Shown in pieces: positions 33,489 to 42,087 of a DNA stretch of 49,001 nt. The stretch lies in the NCBI GenBank assembly GCA_046734515.1, contig JBKPRI010000269.1, forward strand, positions 1-49,001, given 5' to 3'. The position numbers and the translations under genes were made by a program. Origin of the DNA: Candidatus Methylomirabilota bacterium (GTDB lineage: Bacteria > Methylomirabilota > Methylomirabilia > Rokubacteriales > CSP1-6). Every line of letters starts with the position of its first letter. Positions within the stretch are counted from its first letter, which is position 1. A model generated the notes under the pieces. It saw only the letters and a program-made list of their open reading frames with translations, did no database searches and was not told the origin of the DNA.

Positions 33489-34529
33489 ATGGCGTTCGGT
33501 TGGGGCATCGTCAGCACGGGCAAGCATCCCGACATCAAGATCGCGCCGGCGATGGCCGCCGCCGCCGGCGGTGAGCTCATCGGCGTGTACAGCCGCGATC
33601 AGCAGCGCGCCGAGGAGTTCGCACAGAAGCACGGCGCCCGCGCCGCCTGCAGTCACCTCGGCGACCTCCTCAAGGACTCGCGTGTCGACGGCGTCTTCGT
33701 GGCCTCGCCGAACGCCTTGCACGCCGAGCACGTCGTCCAGGCAGCGGAAGCGGGCAAGCACGTGCTGTGCGAGAAGCCGATGGCCACGACGATCGCCGAC
33801 GCGGTGCGCATGCTGCAGGCGTGCCGCCGAGCGGGCGTCACGCTCGGCGTGGCCTTCAACTTGCGTCAGCACCCAGCCTATCGGCGCGCGCGCGAGCTGG
33901 TCGCCGCCGGGACGCTGGGGCGCATCGTGCTCGCCCAAGCGCAGTGGGCGTTCGGCGTGCGCGGCCGCGACGGCTCGCCGCCGCGCACGCCGCTGACACA
34001 GTGGTGGGACACGCCGGAGCTGATCGGGGGCGCCTCCACGATGATGGGCACCGGCGTGCACTCGGTCGACTTGCTGCGCTTCGTGCTCGGCGCCGAGGTG
34101 GACGAGATCACGGCGGTCACCGACGGCCAGACGGCCGCGCGCCCGCTCGAGCAGCTCGCCTGCCTCACGCTGCGCTTCGGCAACGGCACGCTCGGTCAGG
34201 TGGTCGCGAGCCGCCTGCTTCCGGACTCGCGCAACGATTTCCGCGTGTACGGGATCACCGGGCTCATCGCCGGACACCACTCCATGTGGGAAGCGCGCAC
34301 CGGCCGCTTCGAGATCACGAGCGACACCGTCAACGAGACCGCCGACTACCCGGAAGCGCTGCTGCCGAACTACGTGGCCGAGATCGAGGACTTCCAGCGG
34401 GCGGTCGCCACCGGCGGCCAGCCCGCCGCGACCGGCCTGGACGGGCTGCGCGTCGTGGAGGTCACGCTGGCGATGATCGAGTCCGCACGCACGCGCCGGA
34501 GCGTGAAGATCGAGCGCGTCGAGCCGTAG
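33489..34529 (+). CDS. Gfo/Idh/MocA family NAD(P)-dependent oxidoreductase
   Basis: WGIVSTGKH, VASPNALHAEHVVQAAEAGKHVLCEKPMA, GGAST.MGTGVH. Confidence 0.8.
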   Translation: MAFGWGIVSTGKHPDIKIAPAMAAAAGGELIGVYSRDQQRAEEFAQKHGARAACSHLGDLLKDSRVDGVFVASPNALHAEHVVQAAEAGKHVLCEKPMATTIADAVRMLQACRRAGVTLGVAFNLRQHPAYRRARELVAAGTLGRIVLAQAQWAFGVRGRDGSPPRTPLTQWWDTPELIGGASTMMGTGVHSVDLLRFVLGAEVDEITAVTDGQTAARPLEQLACLTLRFGNGTLGQVVASRLLPDSRNDFRVYGITGLIAGHHSMWEARTGRFEITSDTVNETADYPEALLPNYVAEIEDFQRAVATGGQPAATGLDGLRVVEVTLAMIESARTRRSVKIERVEP

Positions 34530-34560
34530 CTCACAACGTTAGAGTCCCCGGGAGGACACC

Positions 34561-35379
34561 ATGCTGAGAGCCCTGTTCGTGGTCGGCGTGTGCGCCACCG
34601 TTCTCGTCGGCCTACCGGTGTTTGCGCAAGCGCCGGCCGAGGTCACGCTGACACGCATCGACTGCGGCACCGGCGCCACCCCGACGGACGTCGGCCAGCG
34701 CTTCACCGACACGTTCGCGTACAAGGATCTCAAGCTGACGTTCACGTTCAGCTGCTACCTGATCAAGCACGGCACCGACTACATGGTGTGGGATACCGGC
34801 TTCGCCCCCGGCACGAGCCCCAACGCGCCGAAGGTGGGCATCGTGGATCGCCTGAAGGAGCTCAACGTGACGCCCGACCAGGTCAAGTGGGTCGGCATCA
34901 GTCACTTTCACGGCGACCATACCGGCCAGCTCGCGCCGTTCACCAACGCGACGCTGCTCATCGGCAAGGGCGACTGGGACGGGGTCACCGCGCCGACGCC
35001 GATGCAGGGCGCCAATGCCGCGGGCTTCAAGAGCTGGATCGATGAAAAGAGGAAGGTCGAGCCGCTCACCGGGGACAAGGACGTGTTCGGCGACGGCAGC
35101 GTGACCGTTCTCAGGACGCCGGGGCACACACCGGGCCACAGCTCCCTGCTGGTCAGATTGAAGGACATGGGCCCGGTATTCCTCACCGGCGACCTGGTCC
35201 ACTTCCGGGAGAACTATGAAAGCGGCGGGGTGCCGCACTTCAACTTCGACCGTGCCCAGACCGTCGCGTCGATCGAGCGCATGAAGCAGATCGCCGCCAA
35301 TCTCAAGGCCACCGTCGTCATCCAGCACGACATGCGCGACATCGGCAAGCTGCCGGCGTTCCCGGCTGCCGCGAAGTAG
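34561..35379 (+). CDS. secreted MBL-fold metallo-hydrolase (N-acyl-homoserine-lactonase-like)
   Basis: Signal peptide MLRALFVVGVCATVLVGLPVFAQA, HxHxDH motif SHFHGDHTG, TPGHTPGH, IQHD. Confidence 0.8.
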   Translation: MLRALFVVGVCATVLVGLPVFAQAPAEVTLTRIDCGTGATPTDVGQRFTDTFAYKDLKLTFTFSCYLIKHGTDYMVWDTGFAPGTSPNAPKVGIVDRLKELNVTPDQVKWVGISHFHGDHTGQLAPFTNATLLIGKGDWDGVTAPTPMQGANAAGFKSWIDEKRKVEPLTGDKDVFGDGSVTVLRTPGHTPGHSSLLVRLKDMGPVFLTGDLVHFRENYESGGVPHFNFDRAQTVASIERMKQIAANLKATVVIQHDMRDIGKLPAFPAAAK

Positions 35380-35396
35380 CCCCGAGAGGAGACTCC

Positions 35397-36626
35397 ATGT
35401 CCGCCAGCGTGTGCGACTTCACCTTTCTCAGCGGCGTGAAGATCGTCGATTTCACCCAGTTCGAGGCGGGGCCGTCGTGCACCGAGGCCCTCGGCTGGCT
35501 GGGCGCCGACGTCGTGAAGATCGAGAACCCGAACCTGGGGGACCCCGGCCGGCGTCTTCGCCCCGGCCAGCCCGACAACGATCCCTATTACTTTCACGCC
35601 TTCAACGCCAACAAGAAGTCGATCACCGTCAATCTCAAGTCGCCCCGAGGACTCGCGCTCGTGAAGGACATGATCCGCAAGGCGGACGTGATGATCGAGA
35701 ACTTCGCCCCCGGCGCCATCGAGCGGCTGGGCCTGTCCTATGACGTCGTGAAGGCGATCAATCCGAGCATCATCTACGCCCAGGTCAAGGGCTTCGGCGA
35801 GGGCAGCCCGTTCGAGCACAACCTCGCCTTCGACATGATCGCCCAGGCGTGCGGCGGCACCTTCAGCGTCACCGGAGACCCGAAGGGCCCGCCGACCCGG
35901 CCCGGCATCTCGATCGGTGATACCGGCACCGGCATGCTGATGGCGATCACCATCCTGGGCGCGCTGTACAAGCGCCGTGAGACGGGCGAGGGCCACCGTC
36001 TGCAGGTCGCCATGCAGGACGCGATGCTGCACTACATGCGCATCAACTTTGCGACGCAGGGCCTGACCGGCAAGGCGGCCGAACGTGGCGGCAGCAAGGT
36101 GCCGGGCGTGAGCAACGCGCCGATGGGGCTATATCCGTGTGCGCCGGGCGGGCCGAACGACTACGTGTACATCATGACCAGCCGGGCGAACCCCGACCAC
36201 TGGGACCGCCTGCTGAAGCTGATCGATCGGCAGGATCTGGTCGGCGACACGCGCTACCTGACCCCCGCCGACCGCGTCGAGCGGGAAGCCGAGGTGGATG
36301 AGGTCATCTCCGCGTGGACCCGCACGCACACCAAGCTCGAGGCCATGCGGCTGGTCGGCGAGGCCGGGATTCCAGCGGGCGCGGTCCTGGACACCGACGA
36401 GCTGAACAAGGACGTCACGTTCGAGCAGCGCGGAATCATGCAGACCATGGTCCATCCCGTGCACCGGCCGTTCAAGATGCCGGGCTGGCCGGTCCGCGTC
36501 GATGGCAAGGCCACGCGCATCACACCGTCCCCCGTGCTCGGCGAGCACACGGACGAGGTGCTGAGCGACTGGCTGGGGCTGACGGCCCAGGCCGTGGCGG
36601 AGATGAAGCGCGAGGGCGTGATCTGA
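35397..36626 (+). CDS. family III CoA-transferase (CaiB/BaiF; formyl-CoA-transferase-like)
   Basis: VKIVDFTQFEAGPSCTEALGWLGADVVKIE, ADVMIENFAPGAIERLGL, GDTGTGM, PVLGEHTDEVL. Confidence 0.85.
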   Translation: MSASVCDFTFLSGVKIVDFTQFEAGPSCTEALGWLGADVVKIENPNLGDPGRRLRPGQPDNDPYYFHAFNANKKSITVNLKSPRGLALVKDMIRKADVMIENFAPGAIERLGLSYDVVKAINPSIIYAQVKGFGEGSPFEHNLAFDMIAQACGGTFSVTGDPKGPPTRPGISIGDTGTGMLMAITILGALYKRRETGEGHRLQVAMQDAMLHYMRINFATQGLTGKAAERGGSKVPGVSNAPMGLYPCAPGGPNDYVYIMTSRANPDHWDRLLKLIDRQDLVGDTRYLTPADRVEREAEVDEVISAWTRTHTKLEAMRLVGEAGIPAGAVLDTDELNKDVTFEQRGIMQTMVHPVHRPFKMPGWPVRVDGKATRITPSPVLGEHTDEVLSDWLGLTAQAVAEMKREGVI

Positions 36627-36633
36627 CCGGAGC

Positions 36634-37428
36634 GTGCCCTACCGCGTAGACATCGCGCGCGCCGGCGACGCCGCGCTCGATCGCCTCGTCGAGCTCGGCG
36701 CCCTCGACGTCGACCGCTCGCCCGGCGGCGGCATCGCCGCCCTGCTGCCCGACGCCGTCACGCCGGAACAGGTCGCACGCGCGCTGGGCATCGACGATCT
36801 CTCCATCTCTCCTGCCGTCGGCCGCGACGCAGCATCGGTCTGGATCCTGAGCCCGCGCGCGACTCGCATCGGGCGCCTGCGGATCGTGCCGGCGCACGCC
36901 GGCGCGGAACCCGGTGCCCTGAGGTTGACCGACTCGGCGGCGTTCGGCACGGGACTGCATCCGACGACGGCGATGTGCCTCGAGGCGATCGAGGAGGCGC
37001 TCCAGCCCTCCACTCCCAGCGCTCTGCTCGACGTGGGGACCGGGACGGGGGTGCTGGCGCTGGCGGCGCTGCTGATGGGCGTGCCGCAAGCGCTCGGCCT
37101 GGACATCGACGCCGAGGCGCTCCGCGCCGCCGCCGAGAACGCGCGGCTCAACACCCTCGAGCGGCGCCTGCACCTGGTACGCGGCGGACCGGACGCGGTC
37201 ACCGGCAGCTGGCCGCTGGTCGTGGCCAATCTGCTGGCAGCGCCACTCGTCGATCTGGCGCCGGTCCTCGCGCAGCGTGTCGGACATCACGGTCGTCTCG
37301 TGCTCTCGGGCATTCCGTCTTCAGTCTCGGGCGATGTCGATCAGGCGTACCGGCGTCTGGGCATGCAGCACGTGCGGGCGCAGTCGCGCGCGGGCTGGAG
37401 CGCGCTCGTGCTGCAGGCGTCCTGGTGA
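36634..37428 (+). CDS. PrmA-like (ribosomal protein L11 methyltransferase family) SAM-dependent methyltransferase
   Basis: AFGTGLHPTTAMCLEAIE, LLDVGTGTGVLALAA, GLDIDAEALRAAAENARLN, VVANLLA, GRLVLSGI. Confidence 0.7.
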   Translation: MPYRVDIARAGDAALDRLVELGALDVDRSPGGGIAALLPDAVTPEQVARALGIDDLSISPAVGRDAASVWILSPRATRIGRLRIVPAHAGAEPGALRLTDSAAFGTGLHPTTAMCLEAIEEALQPSTPSALLDVGTGTGVLALAALLMGVPQALGLDIDAEALRAAAENARLNTLERRLHLVRGGPDAVTGSWPLVVANLLAAPLVDLAPVLAQRVGHHGRLVLSGIPSSVSGDVDQAYRRLGMQHVRAQSRAGWSALVLQASW

Positions 37429-37441
37429 GGCTGAATGCTAC

Positions 37442-37470
37442 TTGACTGGCGCGCTCTTTCCGCAGATTCT
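37442..37470 (+). promoter_or_regulatory. weak sigma-70-like promoter candidate
   Basis: TTGACT at 37442-37447, a 17-nt spacer, then GATTCT at 37465-37470, upstream of the amidohydrolase gene. The -10 matches the consensus at only 3 of 6 positions. Confidence 0.2.
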
Positions 37471-37535
37471 CCAGCGCACCGAGCGGCTGTGGTGTGACGC
37501 GATGTAATCGACCGCCGACAGGTGGGGAGGACGTC

Positions 37536-39167
37536 ATGTGCATACTGTGTGATCGCGGCAAGCCGCAGCTTCCTTCGACGTCGCGGCGCAATTTCCTGAA
37601 GGGCACGGCGGCGACAGGCCTCGCGGCAGGGGCCACGGGCCTGTTCGGGTCGAGCGCCGAAGCGCAAGGCCACAACGTCAACCCGCCGCCGCAGACGGGC
37701 AGGCCGGGCCGCCGCTACGTCATCCGCAAAGGCTACGTGCTGACGATGGAGCCCGGGACGCCGGGTGCGAACTCGTCATTCGGAGAATTCATCGAAGGCG
37801 ACGTGCTCGTCGAAGGCAAGACGATCAAGGCCATCGGCCGGAACCTGCAGGCCGGCAACGCCACCGAGATCGACGCCCGCGGCAAGGTCGTCATGCCGGG
37901 CTTCATCGACACGCACCACCATCAGGCCTGGACGGCGATCCGAAGCGCGATTCCCGACAGCATCCTGATCAACGACGGGACGGGAACGGCCAGCGCGGAG
38001 CAGAACTATTTCGAGCACGTTCTGGCTGGGCCGACCGGGACGACCGGCTTCGCCCGCCACTACCGGCCGGAGGACGTCTACGTCAGCGAGCTGTTCGCCG
38101 GGCTTTCACAGCTCGACGCCGGCGTCACGACAGTGCTCGACATCTCGCAGATCCATCACTCGCCCCAGCACTCCGATGCCGCTATCCAGGCGCTTCGCGA
38201 TACCGGCCGCCGCGCCAAGCTGGGCTACTTCGAGAGCGCCGGCAATGTCGCGGGGAACCAGTATCCGCAAGATGCCACGCGCCTGGCCGGCATCTTGTCG
38301 TCCGACGATCTCGTCGGCTTCATCATGGGCGGCGAGGTCTATCTCGGGGAGCCGACCTACAGCGCGGCCTGGGCGATCGGTCGCCAGCTCCACGCCCAGA
38401 TCGCGGCCCACATCCTGTCGCCGTTCGGCATCCGCCCGATCCTGGACGACCTCGCCGCCGGTACCGGCGGCGTCAACAACGACATCGCGCTCGGGCCGGA
38501 CAATCTGTTCATCCACATGACCGGCATGTCGGACGCCGGCTGGAACGGGGTCAAGAACAGCGGCGCCCAGGTGTCGATCGCGTTCCCGATCGAGATGAAC
38601 ATGCGCCACGGCATGCCGCCCATCGTCAAGATGCAGCAGCTGGGGCTGGAGCCGTCCCTCAGCACCGACGTCGAGACCAACATGACGGCGGACTTCTTCA
38701 CCCAGATGCGCTCCGCCATGACCATGCAGCGACTGGTCATCAACCAGGCGGTCCTCAATACGGGGGACTTCGTGACGTTCCCGAACGGGACGTGGCCGCC
38801 GTTCCCGGCGGGTCTGCCGCCGCTCCTCAATGCGCGCGACGTGCTGCGCTTTGCCACCCTCAACGGCGCCAGGCACCTGCGGCTGGACAGCAAGACCGGC
38901 TCGCTCAAGGTCGGCAAGGAAGCCGACATCATCATCCTCGACGGCACCCACCTCAACGTGTTCCCCATGAACAACGTCCCCGGCGCCGTGGTGACGATGA
39001 TGGAGCGGGCCAACGTCGAGACCGTAATCGTCGCCGGCAAGATCCGCAAGTGGAACGGATCGCTGCTCGACGCCGACGTGAACCGACTGCGCAGCGGGCT
39101 CGCGGCGACGCGCGATTTCCTTTACAGCGCGGCCGGCGTTCCGCAGAACCCGTTCCCCGCCAAGTAG
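37536..39167 (+). CDS. Tat-exported amidohydrolase family protein (metal-dependent hydrolase)
   Basis: GGGGAGGA lies before the ATG at 37536. Twin-arginine signal TSRRNFLKGTAATGLAAGA..AEAQG, metal motif PGFIDTHHHQ, KEADIIILD. Confidence 0.8.
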   Translation: MCILCDRGKPQLPSTSRRNFLKGTAATGLAAGATGLFGSSAEAQGHNVNPPPQTGRPGRRYVIRKGYVLTMEPGTPGANSSFGEFIEGDVLVEGKTIKAIGRNLQAGNATEIDARGKVVMPGFIDTHHHQAWTAIRSAIPDSILINDGTGTASAEQNYFEHVLAGPTGTTGFARHYRPEDVYVSELFAGLSQLDAGVTTVLDISQIHHSPQHSDAAIQALRDTGRRAKLGYFESAGNVAGNQYPQDATRLAGILSSDDLVGFIMGGEVYLGEPTYSAAWAIGRQLHAQIAAHILSPFGIRPILDDLAAGTGGVNNDIALGPDNLFIHMTGMSDAGWNGVKNSGAQVSIAFPIEMNMRHGMPPIVKMQQLGLEPSLSTDVETNMTADFFTQMRSAMTMQRLVINQAVLNTGDFVTFPNGTWPPFPAGLPPLLNARDVLRFATLNGARHLRLDSKTGSLKVGKEADIIILDGTHLNVFPMNNVPGAVVTMMERANVETVIVAGKIRKWNGSLLDADVNRLRSGLAATRDFLYSAAGVPQNPFPAK

Positions 39168-39198
39168 GCGGAGGACGTAGAGCGCCTGAGGGTATTTC

Positions 39199-40248
39199 AT
39201 GCCCGTTGCGACCGTCGCAAACTTTTCCGCGCGGGGGGTTGTGAGCGTCTCGGCCAGCCGCGGTGTCGACATCGGTCGTCTCCTTCGAGATTCGGGGCTG
39301 GATGAGAAGTCCCTCGAGACACCCGGGGCTCACCTCCCGCTCGATGGGGTCATCAACCTGTGGGAACGGGCGCGCAGGAGCACGAAGGACGAGAACCTCC
39401 CGCTCCATGTCGCGGAGTTCCTGCCCGTCGGGACCTACAAGACATGGGATTTGTTCCTGGCGACGGCACCGACCGTGGGCGATGCCCTGGACAAGATCGC
39501 CACATTCAACGGATGGATGGACGACACGTTCCGACTCACGCTCAGGAAGCGACGCGACCAGGTCGCCATCGAATACACGAACGTGGTCGATTCCGAGTGC
39601 CAGCCGCCGGAATACCTCGAGTTCAACTTCGCGCGGGCCTTGCTGCGGGCCCGAGTCACGACGGGTATGAACATTCGGCCCGCCGAGATGCACTTCCGGC
39701 ATTCACCGCCGAGAAATATCGCGGAACACTACCGTATTTTCCAGGCTCCCATTCGGTTTCGGCAGCCCGCGACCCAGGCCATCTTCGATCCGGCTGTCCT
39801 CCGCATCCCGCAGCTCTTCGCGGACGCGGCCACGTGCGAGCTGCTGGAACACTACATCCAAGCCAGACTCAACAAGGCTCGCGCCTACGACGAGCTCGCG
39901 GTGGCGGCACGCCGTTCGCTGGCTCGCTTGAATTCGTCGGAGACCGCGACCGTCAGCGCCACCGCGCGAGAGCTCGGGATGAGCCGTCGGGGGCTGCAGC
40001 GAAGGCTGGCGGAGCGGGGCACGTCGTTCCGTGAGCTCTTTCGCTCGGCGCGCTACAACCTTGCGATGAGGCTCCTGAACCGGCACGACCTCACCATCGC
40101 CGAAGCCGCTGAACTCCTCGGCTTCTCCGAGGTGAGCGCGTTCAGCCGTGCGTTCAAGCAATGGACCGGCATGAGCCCCCAGGCCCACCGGCACCAATTA
40201 CGGAAGACCCAGGCGCCCTCCGTGAGGCAGCGAAAACCCTCCCGCTGA
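39199..40248 (+). CDS. AraC family transcriptional regulator
   Basis: The C-terminal double HTH includes ELGMSRRGLQRRL and TIAEAAELLGFSEVSAFSRAFKQWTGMSP. An N-terminal ligand-binding-type domain is present. Confidence 0.85.
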   Translation: MPVATVANFSARGVVSVSASRGVDIGRLLRDSGLDEKSLETPGAHLPLDGVINLWERARRSTKDENLPLHVAEFLPVGTYKTWDLFLATAPTVGDALDKIATFNGWMDDTFRLTLRKRRDQVAIEYTNVVDSECQPPEYLEFNFARALLRARVTTGMNIRPAEMHFRHSPPRNIAEHYRIFQAPIRFRQPATQAIFDPAVLRIPQLFADAATCELLEHYIQARLNKARAYDELAVAARRSLARLNSSETATVSATARELGMSRRGLQRRLAERGTSFRELFRSARYNLAMRLLNRHDLTIAEAAELLGFSEVSAFSRAFKQWTGMSPQAHRHQLRKTQAPSVRQRKPSR

Positions 40249-40266
40249 CGTTGCCGTGGCGCAGTC

Positions 40267-40299
40267 GGTCAAGTGTTTGACACCAACGGTCAAGGTCAC
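40267..40299 (+). promoter_or_regulatory. operator-like GGTCAA repeats upstream of the response-regulator gene
   Basis: GGTCAA at 40267-40272, a 4-nt spacer, then TTGACA at 40277-40282 form an imperfect palindrome. GGTCAAGGTCAC at 40288-40299 is a direct repeat of GGTCA. No function is demonstrated. Confidence 0.2.
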
Positions 40300-40319
40300 G
40301 GAGGACCCGCGCATGTAAA

Positions 40320-40721
40320 GTGACCGCCACGACGAAACCTCGCAAGGCCGCCCGGTTGTCCGCCACCGTGCTGGTCGTCGACGACGATCACTCTCTACGA
40401 GCCATGGCCCGCCGCCTGCTGGAGTCGCACGGGTACCGAGTCCTGGACGCCGGCGATTCGGCCGCGGCGGAGCGAATCGCCAAGCTGTACGTAGGGCCCA
40501 TCCACGCCCTCCTCATCGAGCTCGATCTCTCCGGCGTCAGTGGGGTCGCCCTCGCCGACCGCCTTCGCTCACTGCGTCCGGAGCCGAGGATGCTGTTCAT
40601 GTCGCGCCACGCGCACCGCGAGTTGCTCGCGGAGGGACGCATCGGCGCCCACCTGCCCTTCATCCAGAAACCCTTCAAGGGTCGTGAGCTGATGGCGCGG
40701 CTGTCGTCATTGGCAAAGTAA
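40320..40721 (+). CDS. stand-alone response regulator receiver domain protein (CheY-like)
   Basis: VLVVDDDHSLR is the acidic pocket, LLIELDLSG the phospho-acceptor Asp region, LFMSRH follows and FIQKPF carries the conserved Lys. There is no output domain and no histidine kinase in the window. The GTG start at 40320 is uncertain. Confidence 0.75.
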   Translation: MTATTKPRKAARLSATVLVVDDDHSLRAMARRLLESHGYRVLDAGDSAAAERIAKLYVGPIHALLIELDLSGVSGVALADRLRSLRPEPRMLFMSRHAHRELLAEGRIGAHLPFIQKPFKGRELMARLSSLAK

Positions 40722-40830
40722 TTGGCGTCCTCGGTCAACGGCGCAGCGTGGACCGGGATGTAGGCTTCGGCGCGTCTCGCTTCGATGGGGTGTTGCCATC
40801 GTGTGGGGCGAATCAGAGGAGGGTCAAACA

Positions 40831-41406
40831 ATGACGAGATTCAAGACGGTAGCGGTCGTCGCCGCCCTAGGCGTGTTTGCCGCGCTCACCTTGGCGGGAA
40901 CATCCGGAGCTGCACCAGGGGGCAGGCTCAGGACGTTCGGGACGGGCGAGGTCACGACGGCGGACAACAACGCCACGATCGTCATCGACGTCGGCGAGTT
41001 CGGTGGCGTCTTTCAGCAGGGCAAGGGCCAGGGCGGCAAGTTGCTGGGCGACGCAATCTTCTCGTTCACGTCTCGTGGCGACGTGGCCGGTGGCGCACCG
41101 CGCTTCAGCATCCCCATCGACGACGGCGCGTTTGATCCCAACACGGACTACGCTTTCATCGACGCGGCCGGCTGTGGTGCAACCGTGGGAGACAACCCGG
41201 GCAACGTCGCCACGCTGGTGAGCACCCAGAACCCCGCCTGCCACGTGAACTTCCACGGTGTGGACTACGCCAACTGGACCACATTCGCGAACGCAAATCC
41301 GACCTTCAGAATCGCCAAGGATATCCCGTTCATCATCGCCGACGCAGTCCCTCCGGGGAGTGCGAGTGCGACATTCGTCGTGACGGGAATCGTCCTTAAC
41401 CCCTGA
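40831..41406 (+). CDS. secreted hypothetical protein
   Basis: GAGGAGGG lies before the ATG at 40831. The signal peptide is MTRFKTVAVVAALGVFAALTLAGTSGAAPG. The body is beta-rich and Gly/Asn/Thr-rich with two Cys. I recognise no family. Confidence 0.55.
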   Translation: MTRFKTVAVVAALGVFAALTLAGTSGAAPGGRLRTFGTGEVTTADNNATIVIDVGEFGGVFQQGKGQGGKLLGDAIFSFTSRGDVAGGAPRFSIPIDDGAFDPNTDYAFIDAAGCGATVGDNPGNVATLVSTQNPACHVNFHGVDYANWTTFANANPTFRIAKDIPFIIADAVPPGSASATFVVTGIVLNP

Positions 41407-41425
41407 GCCTGCTGCTCATCCGGGC

Positions 41426-41467
41426 CCCCTTGAGGCTGGGGTGTCGACTCCGCCCTGCCTCAAGGGG
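41426..41467 (+). terminator. hairpin downstream of the secreted-protein gene (possible terminator)
   Basis: CCCCTTGAGGC at 41426-41436 pairs with GCCTCAAGGGG at 41457-41467, an 11-bp perfect stem with a 20-nt loop. A T8 run lies at 41489-41496 but is not adjacent to the stem, so this is not a canonical intrinsic terminator. Confidence 0.3.
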
Positions 41468-42087
41468 TCACCGATGAAGCCTTGTCAGTTTTTTTTACTG
41501 TTGGGACCAGCGAGGATCACGACAGGCTGGCCTGCCCGCGAGACGCGTGCCGAGCATCAGCACGGGACTCGAGATTCGACATGGATGAAGGAATATCCGA
41601 AATACTGCCGGTCACTCCGAGCAGACCGCCGTTCCCGATGGCTGCGGCGTTCTGGGACTCGGGGCTCCTCCTGACGGCGTCGTTCACCCCGACGTCGCTC
41701 TAGCATGACCTGAACGCCCTGAACGCCCCCCACCCGGCGAGCCAGGTACTCGTAGAGCGCGACCTCTCGTCGCGCGACGATAACGAGGAGGATGGGAGAG
41801 CCCCCTACGGTGCTTTAGCTGGAATTCATCCCGCGCGCCACGTCGCGCTCCGCGTCGACCGCCTCGCACACGACCGCCTTGGCTCCATCGACGTTTTGCT
41901 CTCACAGCAATCGCCATACCGAATGCCACAGTCGCGATTTCCGGGCACGCCCCTGACGCGCGGTCGCGAAAAGGAAAGTTTCTCGACTGGCCAGCTACGT
42001 TCCAACGGGTACGGCGGAACGCGTGGTGGGGGGGGCTTCACCCCGTCGGTGACAACGTCCGGTGGCAATTTCGGCCAGGCGGGACTG

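Noticed and set aside
41564-41590. tmRNA-like 5' motif (GGGACUCGAGAUUCGACAUGGAU resembles GGGGCUGAUUCUGGAUUCGACGGG)
   Set aside because: There is no acceptor-stem partner, no T-arm (GGTTCGAnTCC) and no CCA-proximal 3' end nearby. The similarity is limited to GAUUCGAC. I also saw no RNase P, SRP or 6S signatures.
41482-41703. 73-codon ORF (TTG start) in the long intergenic gap
   Set aside because: It has no SD and an unusual start, and the 5' half has poor codon bias. Only the 3' half is GC3-rich. It is kept as a possibility inside the gap finding rather than called as a gene.
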